The notes under the pieces: model-generated
Databases searched by the model: none
Told to the model about the DNA's origin: nothing
Seen by the model: the letters and a program-made list of their open reading frames with translations, nothing else
In this document: positions 1 through 7,232 of the stretch, in pieces
How the letters are laid out: every line of letters begins with the position of its first letter
Numbering within the stretch: the stretch's first letter is position 1
Assembly (NCBI GenBank): GCA_964584035.1
Contig: CAZOYL010000051.1
Location: forward strand, 1-14,286
Origin: an uncultured Gemmatimonadota bacterium
GTDB taxonomy: Bacteria > SM23-81
DNA: 14,286 nt
Reading direction: 5' to 3'
Position numbers and translations under genes: made by a program

Positions 1-337
1 CACCCACCCTTCCCGCCACGACCAAAGCCGTCAGTACGGGCCCCAGCTCGATGACCACCGCCTTGCCCACGGCGGTTCCCAAATATCGCATGGGAACCAG
101 ATTTTTGAACTGATAGGCAGCCTGTACGGATGAAACGGCACCGGTGAAGATCGAGGTCAACAGAACCAGCGGCAGGGAATTTACGCCCATCAGTGACATC
201 TGCTCGACGACCAGGTGAAGATCGCCGAAAATCCTGGGCAATCCCTTGAAAATGCGACCCAAAAGCAGGATAACGCCGCCGACTTCTCTCACGAAGGAGA
301 TGGTTTTCCGCCCGATGAAGGCCAGTATGTTGGCCAT
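1..337 (-). CDS. mlaE: MlaE/YrbE-family ABC transporter permease, copy 2 (5' part only, runs off the window edge)
   Basis: Not in the ORF track; translated by hand from the ATG at 337, which overlaps the dnaB stop (TGATG): MANILAFIGRKTISFVREVGGVILLLGRIFKGLPRIFGDLHLVVEQMSLMGVNSLPLVLLTSIFTGAVSSVQAAYQFKNLVPMRYLGTAVGKAVVIELGPVLTALVVAGRVG. It has the MlaE motifs GVxSLP and ELGPVLTALxxxGRVG. Confidence 0.92.
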   Translation of the reverse strand, partial: MANILAFIGRKTISFVREVGGVILLLGRIFKGLPRIFGDLHLVVEQMSLMGVNSLPLVLLTSIFTGAVSSVQAAYQFKNLVPMRYLGTAVGKAVVIELGPVLTALVVAGRVG

Positions 338-1722
338 CAGAACTCTCCGGCGATAGACTGTTCCCCCTCGATGGCCGGCTCGAAAAAGCTGGTGTACTGG
401 CTCATGAAGGTCAGGTGCACCGTTCCGGTGGGGCCGTTTCGCTGTTTGCCGATGATGACCTCAGCCTTGTTCTTCAGCTCCAGATCGTCCGGGTGATAAC
501 GTTCCCCCCGGTAGATAAACAGGACCACATCGGCATCCTGTTCCAGGGCCCCCGATTCTCTAAGATCGGAAAGTTGCGGACGGCGATCCCCGCCGCGTAC
601 TTCCACAGCTCTGGACAACTGGGAGAGGGCCAGGATAGGAACCTGCAATTCTTTGGCCAGGCTTTTCAGCGACCGGGAGATCAGCGAGATCTCCTGCTGC
701 CGGCTTTCCGCCCCTCTGGGACCCTGCATCAGCTGGAGATAGTCTATGATCACCAGCCCGATGTCCCTCTCGGCCTGAAGCCGTCGTGCCTTGGCCCTGA
801 TCTCCAGCACATTCATCATCGGAGAATCGTCGATAAAAATGGGGGCCTCGGCAAGATTTCCCACACCGATGCTCAGTTTTTGCCAATCCTGATCGGGCAA
901 GGTTCCGGCTCGGACACGATGGGCATCCACCCTGGCCTCGCTGCACAGCAGCCGCTGAGCCAGCTGATAGCTGGCCATCTCGAGGCTAAAAATGGCTGTA
1001 GGAATCTTGTGATCCACGGCGGCATTTCGAGCGACATTCAGGGCGAAAGCCGTTTTCCCCATTGACGGCCGGCCGGCGATGATGACCAGATCGCCGGGCT
1101 GAAAACCCGCGGTCAGTTCATCGAGTTTTTTGAAGCCGGAGGGTGCACCGATAACGCTTCCCTTTTGGTCATGAAGTTTTTCAACCTTTTCGAAAGCGTC
1201 ATGGAGAACCCGCTCCAGGGGCAGAAAGCCACGTCGAAGCCGGCGTTCCGCGATAGCAAAGATCTGATGCTCGGCCTGATCCAGCAGCGTATCGACATCA
1301 TCCACCTCACCATAGCTCTGCGAGGCGATCAGCGTGGTGACCTCTATGAGGCGCCGGATAACAGCTTTTTCCTGAACGATTCCGGCATGATAACTGACGT
1401 TGGCGGCGGTCGCCACATTATCCAGCAGAGAAGCGATATAAGCCCGCCCTCCAGCCTCTTCTAGATGACCATGACGATTAAGTTCCTCAGAAACCGTCAC
1501 CAGGTCGGCCGGTTCATTACGCTCAAAAAGGCTCACGATGGCCCGGAAGATTCTCTGATGGCTCCGGCGGTAGAAGCAGTCTTCGTCCAGCGCCTCTAGA
1601 GCAATCCCGACGGCCGATTTGTCCAGCATCATGGCACCCAGGACCGAGATCTCGGCCTCTATGGATTGAGGCGGAAGCCGATTCGAAGATGCCGAAGTTT
1701 TCTTGGTGGCGATTTTATTCAT
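337..1722 (-). CDS. dnaB: Replicative DNA helicase DnaB
   Basis: 461 aa. N-terminal PPQSIEAE..VLGAMML, Walker A GRPSMGKT, FSLEM, IIDYLQLM, SQLSR, RPQLSDLRESGALEQDAD, KQRNGPTG. No intein at this length. Confidence 0.98.
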   Translation of the reverse strand: MNKIATKKTSASSNRLPPQSIEAEISVLGAMMLDKSAVGIALEALDEDCFYRRSHQRIFRAIVSLFERNEPADLVTVSEELNRHGHLEEAGGRAYIASLLDNVATAANVSYHAGIVQEKAVIRRLIEVTTLIASQSYGEVDDVDTLLDQAEHQIFAIAERRLRRGFLPLERVLHDAFEKVEKLHDQKGSVIGAPSGFKKLDELTAGFQPGDLVIIAGRPSMGKTAFALNVARNAAVDHKIPTAIFSLEMASYQLAQRLLCSEARVDAHRVRAGTLPDQDWQKLSIGVGNLAEAPIFIDDSPMMNVLEIRAKARRLQAERDIGLVIIDYLQLMQGPRGAESRQQEISLISRSLKSLAKELQVPILALSQLSRAVEVRGGDRRPQLSDLRESGALEQDADVVLFIYRGERYHPDDLELKNKAEVIIGKQRNGPTGTVHLTFMSQYTSFFEPAIEGEQSIAGEF

Positions 1723-1775
1723 GATTCCGATCCGATGGTTCCGGATTGCGATCCGGTGATTCGGTCAAATCCCAT
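1719..1775 (-). CDS. Possible 18-aa bridging mini-ORF (MGFDRITGSQSGTIGSES) between udg and dnaB
   Basis: Its ATG (1775-1773) overlaps the udg stop (TGATG) and its TGA (1721-1719) overlaps the dnaB ATG (ATGA). No homology evidence. Confidence 0.3.
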   Translation of the reverse strand: MGFDRITGSQSGTIGSES

Positions 1776-2482
1776 CATATCATAGTCAGGCGATCATATT
1801 CTTTTCTGAGCAGAAGGAGATCTTCCCAGGCGCTTCTCTTGAAGTGCGGATTGCGCAATAGAGCGGCCGGATGATAGGTGGCCAACAGAGGAATGTCCCC
1901 ATATCGATGGATACTGCCCCGGAGCCGACCCAGCGGGCTCTTCGTTCTGAGCAACGTCTGTGCTGCAATCCGGCCCAGAGCGCAAATGATGACCGGCTGT
2001 AAAATGGCCAGTTGGGCCTGAAGGTGGGGTTCACAACAGCGTACTTCTTCAGGAAGCGGATCTCTGTTCTGCGGAGGACGACATTTTAGAATATTACCGA
2101 TGAAAACCTCTTCCCTGTTCACATCGATGGCGGCCAGCATTTTCGTCAGCAGCTGTCCGGCCGGTCCCACGAAAGGACGACCCTGGAGATCCTCCTGTTT
2201 TCCGGGAGCCTCGCCGACAAAGATCAAATCGGCCTCGGGGTGGCCCTCACCGAAGACGAACCGTTTCCTGGTACGATGAAGGGGGCATTCGGCACAGTCC
2301 TTGATCTGCTCATAGAGAGCCTCCATCCGCTGACCGGCCGTTTCCGTAAGACCTCGAGAAGGCAGCCCATAGCCATACTCAAATCCCATCTCCATCTGCT
2401 GGCTCAGATATCGGCGAGCCAGTCTCAGGATGTCTTTTTTGTCCTCATTCCGGGGGAGCATCACCGTATCTTTCCCATTCAT
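1775..2482 (-). CDS. Family-4 uracil-DNA glycosylase ([4Fe-4S] type)
   Basis: CAECPLH, VFGEG, motif A GEAPG, GRPFVG, KCRPPQNRDP and motif B YHPAALLR. The start is uncertain: TTG 2494, ATG 2482 or ATG 2461. Confidence 0.93.
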   Translation of the reverse strand: MNGKDTVMLPRNEDKKDILRLARRYLSQQMEMGFEYGYGLPSRGLTETAGQRMEALYEQIKDCAECPLHRTRKRFVFGEGHPEADLIFVGEAPGKQEDLQGRPFVGPAGQLLTKMLAAIDVNREEVFIGNILKCRPPQNRDPLPEEVRCCEPHLQAQLAILQPVIICALGRIAAQTLLRTKSPLGRLRGSIHRYGDIPLLATYHPAALLRNPHFKRSAWEDLLLLRKEYDRLTMI

Positions 2483-2490
2483 CGATGCAC

Positions 2491-2970
2491 TCAATGAACC
2501 ATTCCGTCGGTGCTCTCGTCCAACAGCAGCAAGTGCCCGGGGTCCATCTGTTCTTCATCGGTATTAAGCAACAGACGAGCGGCCAGATATTTGATCTCCG
2601 GCTCACCGATCTCATCCCATCCGGACAGAATGGCCTTCTGAATGATCTGCTCCCGCTGTTCGTCATCGATCAATCCGAGTTGATACAGCTGTATAAGATA
2701 TCCATAGCCGGCGTTTGAGAAATGGAGCCGTTCAGTCGAATGAAGGATGCGGCTGGATTTTTTAGTCGGGTGAGGATTTCTTCGAGATAGCTGGCTGAGT
2801 CTCAGGTGTAGCTTTTCCAGAAGCCAGAAAAAAGCGATGTTGATCTCTTCCTCCTGATATCCCCTGTTATGGAGATCCTCTACCAGGCGGTCAAATTGGC
2901 TGAGTCCTTTGCCGCTTTCATCTATCTGGTCCATGAGATAGACGATGATATCAATCACGCGCCCCTTCAC
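2491..2970 (-). CDS. smg: Smg / DUF494 family protein
   Basis: 159 aa. GTG start with GGGAGG SD. Pattern 'IDIIVYLM...L...GY..EEINIAFFWL...SRILHSTER......GYLIQLYQLGLI...QREQII' and the C-terminal 'MVH' resemble Smg. Confidence 0.82.
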   Translation of the reverse strand: MKGRVIDIIVYLMDQIDESGKGLSQFDRLVEDLHNRGYQEEEINIAFFWLLEKLHLRLSQLSRRNPHPTKKSSRILHSTERLHFSNAGYGYLIQLYQLGLIDDEQREQIIQKAILSGWDEIGEPEIKYLAARLLLNTDEEQMDPGHLLLLDESTDGMVH

Positions 2971-3022
2971 ATATCCTCCCTATCGACACAACCGGAACAA
3001 ACGAGACTGGCCCACAAAGGTC

Positions 3023-3051
3023 AATTTAGTCCACCCAAGAATAAATATCAA
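3023..3051 (-). promoter_or_regulatory. Sigma70-type promoter candidate (proximal) for smg-udg-dnaB-mlaE
   Basis: Minus strand TTGATA (3051-3046), 17-nt spacer, TAAATT (3028-3023), in the only long AT-rich intergenic gap, about 50 nt upstream of the smg start. Confidence 0.6.
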
Positions 3052-3126
3052 GCAGTTTTTCTCCACCGGCTCATTATTCAAAACAGTTCAGAAAACCGGA
3101 GCAAACTCAATATCCAAAAAAGGTCC

Positions 3127-3155
3127 AATATACAAATTAAGTCCATTATTCTAAA
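3127..3155 (-). promoter_or_regulatory. Second (distal) sigma70-type promoter candidate
   Basis: Minus strand TTTAGA (3155-3150), 17-nt spacer, TATATT (3132-3127). Confidence 0.35.
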
Positions 3156-3160
3156 CTGAG

Positions 3161-4780
3161 TTAATATTCGAAGTCGATTTTTATAAAAGCCTCCTGGCGG
3201 TTGACATCGTCTTCCCGGACATGGTTCCGGTTCTCTGTGCGGCTCCAGACATATCCACCCGTGATGCGAACATCCTTGAACGGCTCGATGTCCACGATGA
3301 AGGTCACCCGTGTATTGCGATCGATCACGCCCTGCAGGAAGGAATAGCGAGCCGGCTCGGCATGACACCAGGGCAACTGGCCCGGCTCTCCCCGGCGGGT
3401 TCGAGAGGCTTCCAGGGCTAATCGCACTAGCGGTGTTACTCTTTGTCCAATTTGCAGATAGACATCGTCTCCGTTCTCCCCCAGCCAGTGCCCCAGAGGG
3501 AATCCGTCGTGACGATAGCTGTTGACGACGAATTTATGAGTATAGACACAGGGTTGAACGCGGGCGTATTCCAAGCGCACATCGCTATCATTCCACCCGA
3601 GAGGATCGACCAGATGAAATCCGGTCTGGATAGCCACTTTATTACGGGCATCGGCGGCGAACATCTCTTTGAGATAAATCTCGTCGATGAAAACGGCCGC
3701 ATAGCACCTCAATCCCTTCAGAGGGATGATCTCGAGATCCATACTCATGGTCTCGTTGTCCCGATCGTGTGAACTGTGCTGGGCCGACCAGAAAAGAAGC
3801 AGCGGATTGAGGTATGAAAGATCCACATCCCTCTCTCCGTAAACGATGGATTCGGTGAGCCCCACGGTCATTCGCCAGAAGGGGCGAAACTCCAGGCGAT
3901 GGGCGGCGATATATTTCTCGGCATATTCCTTGCGGATGAAACCATCATCGGTCTCATATTGACGGGTCACCTCTGAAAGAAGGAACCCGTGCAAATGGAT
4001 GAATTTCAGACGTCCGATGCGGGCTCTCAGCGTCACGAAATCATAAGCCGGAGGATAGTCCGAAAGGGTCAGGTTGCCGCGGAAACCAGGCCCCCAGTCC
4101 ACGGGCTGCCGCCCTAATTGAACCTCCACGTGAGGATACTGCAGAGAGAGATGGGCATACGCCCAATCGTAGTATCCGATGGCTCCCTGACTGTTGAAGT
4201 ATCCCCTGAGACCGACATCGTCCGCCCTGACCCGGTTGAAGTTGGTACTCACCTGACCTTTGGCCACCGAGGCGGCAAAGGTCAGATGCCGGTTTATGTG
4301 CCCTCTGGCTTTCAGCTGTCCTCGGACGTCGAACAGACGGCGAGAACGATCCTGTTCATCCCCCAGGCGCCCATCGGTACTTCCGCCCAGGTCCACCAGC
4401 AGAAGGCGGCCGTCTGTGTTATCGCTCCAGCGGACCAGATGACGGTCGACACCATCGGTCTGAACGCCGAGAGCCTCCAATTCCTCCGCAAACTCCAGCT
4501 CCAGCCAATGCAGCCGGTACCGTTCCACATCGGTGATTCGGGGATCCTTTTCCAGGCTGGCCGTCAGCAATTGCGAGACGGCCCCGGCCAGTTCAGCTCT
4601 GGGCAGTGGCCTGGTTCCGCTGAGGTATTCGTGCAGCAGCCCCTTGGTCTTCATCCGGTCGAGATAATCGTAAGCCCAATGGTCCAGGGGCAGATCGTCG
4701 GCTATGGCCGGCGTTGGAAAGTCGCCCAGCCAAAGCGAAAGGACGATCACCATCAACAGGCATGATGTCCATCTGGTCAC
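3161..4780 (-). CDS. Outer-membrane beta-barrel protein, capsule-assembly Wzi-like family, with signal peptide and SLH-like N-terminal helical segment
   Basis: Start revised to GTG 4780 (GGAGAGG SD; GTGA overlap with the radical SAM stop), giving 539 aa. Signal peptide ends ...PAIA/DD. Wzi-like motifs: QLGRQPVDWGPG..GNLTLSD, AAHRLEF, VGLTESIVYG, YLNP, PLGHWLG.NG. C-terminal BAM-type strand FIKIDFEY. Confidence 0.75.
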   Translation of the reverse strand: MTRWTSCLLMVIVLSLWLGDFPTPAIADDLPLDHWAYDYLDRMKTKGLLHEYLSGTRPLPRAELAGAVSQLLTASLEKDPRITDVERYRLHWLELEFAEELEALGVQTDGVDRHLVRWSDNTDGRLLLVDLGGSTDGRLGDEQDRSRRLFDVRGQLKARGHINRHLTFAASVAKGQVSTNFNRVRADDVGLRGYFNSQGAIGYYDWAYAHLSLQYPHVEVQLGRQPVDWGPGFRGNLTLSDYPPAYDFVTLRARIGRLKFIHLHGFLLSEVTRQYETDDGFIRKEYAEKYIAAHRLEFRPFWRMTVGLTESIVYGERDVDLSYLNPLLLFWSAQHSSHDRDNETMSMDLEIIPLKGLRCYAAVFIDEIYLKEMFAADARNKVAIQTGFHLVDPLGWNDSDVRLEYARVQPCVYTHKFVVNSYRHDGFPLGHWLGENGDDVYLQIGQRVTPLVRLALEASRTRRGEPGQLPWCHAEPARYSFLQGVIDRNTRVTFIVDIEPFKDVRITGGYVWSRTENRNHVREDDVNRQEAFIKIDFEY

Positions 4781-6225
4781 AGAAGCCTCTCCGGTTCGAT
4801 GTAGAGACGATTCCATATATCTCCGAACAGGTCCGATACGTTTCGGCCATATTCTGTCATCTTCTGACAATAGATATCGTCTCCGATGGCCTCCGCGGCA
4901 GCGTGGTCGGCCGGCCTGGCTTGACAGCCGGTGGTGATCTGCCGGGCGGAGTCGTAATGATCCCGATAGGGACAGGGCGTGATCAGGTTGCCGACCTCAT
5001 GGGACGGTTTTAAGAATCCATAATTGCGCTGCCACCGACGGATAGACCTGAAAAAGGTCGAGTTGAGTACTGAATTCAGATCACGACCCTGCTCGTAGGC
5101 CGCGACGATATTGTCCACCGTGTAAGGAAAGAAAACGCAGGGCATCACATCTCCTTTCCAGTCGATATAAAGATATCCCCCATCGCGACCGGCGGAAATA
5201 CAGCCGTTGCTGACCGGGCCGGAGTTCCAGAAATCGGCGATGAAGTGCCCTTTCTCCCGGATGAGATATTGCTCCCGCCGATACATATTCAGCCGCTGTT
5301 GCGGCGTCACCATCAGATCCACATCGAATTGCCGTCCGATGGGCAGGTACTGGAAGATCCAAGCGTAGGCCACTCCCTGTTTATCAAAGAAGAAATCGAC
5401 GAATCGATCGCTGACCACCAGATCGGCGTTATGCCGTGTGGCCGTCACGGAGATGCCGAAGGGGATCCCGAATTCCCGAAGATACCGCATGGCGGAGAGA
5501 ATCTTTTGATATACACCCTTGCCGCGCCGATTGTCGGTCTCCCTCTCCAAGCCTTCCACCGAGATCGCAGGGGTGATGTTTCCCAGGCGGGCCAGCTCGG
5601 AGGCCATTTCCCGGTCGATCAGGGTCCCGTTGGTATAAACCAGAAAGTAGTTATCGGCATGCTCCCCGGCGATATCAAGAAGCCCTTTGACACCATCCTG
5701 ATAGAGGAACGGCTCGCCGCCGGAGATGACGCAGAAATGTGAATTCCAGAATCGGGTTTTCTCATCGATGATACGGCTGAAGACCTGGTAATCGAGCTGT
5801 ACGGATTCTTTCGACGAGCTGGCCGCATAACATCCGCGGCAGCACAGATTGCATGCTCTGGTGGGACTGATGGTGAGAAAGCCCGGATAGCCTCTTCGTT
5901 CTTCCCGAAAGGCCTTTTTCCGGCGGCCTATATCGTTGAGAAGCACCTCTTCAACCAGAATCTTCATGACCCCGTTGAGAGCTTCGTGTGAGATGCGGTG
6001 TTCCCGAAACATTTTTTCGATGGAATTCAGCATATTGCGAATTATCAGGTATTTCTCTTCCTGAACGCGGCGAGGACGTCCGGTGATGTTCTTTACGACC
6101 ACTTCTTCATACAGACGCCTCTTGGCCATCTTCATGAAAAGACCGCGGATGGTTTTGTTGCGGATCCCCATCTCCGCCATTACGCTGAGGGGTCGGACCA
6201 GCATGGACTCCCCCGGCGACATCAT
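4777..6225 (-). CDS. Radical SAM enzyme with C-terminal SPASM/twitch-like domain, function unknown
   Basis: 482 aa. CxxxCxxC motif (CNLCCRGC), SGGEP, YTNGTL, ISVEG, and C-terminal GCISAG...YIDWKGDVMPCVF...PCP. Strong SD (AAGGAGG) upstream. Confidence 0.92.
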   Translation of the reverse strand: MMSPGESMLVRPLSVMAEMGIRNKTIRGLFMKMAKRRLYEEVVVKNITGRPRRVQEEKYLIIRNMLNSIEKMFREHRISHEALNGVMKILVEEVLLNDIGRRKKAFREERRGYPGFLTISPTRACNLCCRGCYAASSSKESVQLDYQVFSRIIDEKTRFWNSHFCVISGGEPFLYQDGVKGLLDIAGEHADNYFLVYTNGTLIDREMASELARLGNITPAISVEGLERETDNRRGKGVYQKILSAMRYLREFGIPFGISVTATRHNADLVVSDRFVDFFFDKQGVAYAWIFQYLPIGRQFDVDLMVTPQQRLNMYRREQYLIREKGHFIADFWNSGPVSNGCISAGRDGGYLYIDWKGDVMPCVFFPYTVDNIVAAYEQGRDLNSVLNSTFFRSIRRWQRNYGFLKPSHEVGNLITPCPYRDHYDSARQITTGCQARPADHAAAEAIGDDIYCQKMTEYGRNVSDLFGDIWNRLYIEPERLL

Positions 6226-6326
6226 TGGTACTCCCCTCCTTTCTGACTGAACAGGAAAAACCTCTGCGCGGCCAGTCTAAGAGCCACCGGAAGCTTCGAC
6301 GAAAGATGATCACAGCATATGAAAGA

Positions 6327-7214
6327 TCAAAATATCTCAACCTTGAAGTACCTGTGGGGTTGTTCCCGGATGTCCAGAACCAGCGAGTCGAGGTGCCCCA
6401 CCAGAAGACGGCAATCTCGATAGAGAGATTCGTCGGAGAGCAGCTTTCCAAGTGTGCCCCGACCCTGCAGGCTGGGGACCAGAAGAGAATCCAGCGAAGC
6501 GGAAACGGCTTTTATATGGCCGGCCGTCACGCTTAAATCACGAGAGGCCTTTTCCAGGTTGGGAATCAGCTGTTCGGCCTCCTGCCCCGGCTTGAGGCGA
6601 GCCAGGGATGAAGAGGCTTGATGCAGATTTTCAATGGTCTCATCCAGGCGGATGGCATTTCGGACCAGCAAACTCTGAAGTTGATCCGAGACTTCGTCGG
6701 TATGTTTCACCGCCTGCCGAATGCCTCCGCGACTGGAATCGTCCAGTACTGCTCGAATGGCGGCCAGCACATTCCTCAGCTCATCACCGACCTCACCCAC
6801 CTGCGACACCACCCGGGTGAAATCCTGCTCATATTGACCCGGAATTGTTTCCCCGGACTCCAGAAGTTCCGGACCGCTCCCCGGGATGATGGAGACGATC
6901 TTCTCTCCCATGACCCCCTGGCTTCTGATGACGGCTCTCGATCCTCGAGGCAGGCGGTGCTCCGCGTCGATCCGAAAAGACACCTTCACCTGCTCGCCAT
7001 CCAGTGACATGTCCGCAACCTGACCGATCGGAAGCCCAGCCACGGTCACCGGGTCCCCTCTCGTGAGTCCGCTGACATCCTGGAAATGAGCCGAGACGAT
7101 CATCTTCCCTCCGCTCAAACTGACATTCTCCAGCCACATCAGGCTGACGACCAGCAGGACCAGAGAACAGAAGATGATCACGCCCACCACCGTTTCATTC
7201 TTCAGAGGTCTCAC
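6327..7214 (-). CDS. mlaD: MlaD/MCE-family lipid-binding periplasmic subunit with long helical C-terminal extension
   Basis: N-terminal TM (ETVVGVIIFCSLVLLVVSLMWL), MCE core (F.DVSGL..GDPV.VAGL.IGQV...A.I...GVMGEK.V.I.PG), helical region, GTLGKLL.DE.LY and P.RYFKVEIF tail. GTG start with AAGGAGG upstream. Confidence 0.92.
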   Translation of the reverse strand: MRPLKNETVVGVIIFCSLVLLVVSLMWLENVSLSGGKMIVSAHFQDVSGLTRGDPVTVAGLPIGQVADMSLDGEQVKVSFRIDAEHRLPRGSRAVIRSQGVMGEKIVSIIPGSGPELLESGETIPGQYEQDFTRVVSQVGEVGDELRNVLAAIRAVLDDSSRGGIRQAVKHTDEVSDQLQSLLVRNAIRLDETIENLHQASSSLARLKPGQEAEQLIPNLEKASRDLSVTAGHIKAVSASLDSLLVPSLQGRGTLGKLLSDESLYRDCRLLVGHLDSLVLDIREQPHRYFKVEIF

Positions 7215-7232
7215 TGAGACAATCCCCTCCTT

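Noticed and set aside
3060..3160. Intrinsic terminator after the barrel gene
   Set aside because: There is no compact GC stem followed by a U-tract, only weak CCGG complementarity.
4781..4870. ORF-track N-terminal extension of the barrel protein
   Set aside because: It would overlap the radical SAM gene by about 90 nt and bury the signal peptide. GTG 4780 has an SD and a GTGA overlap.
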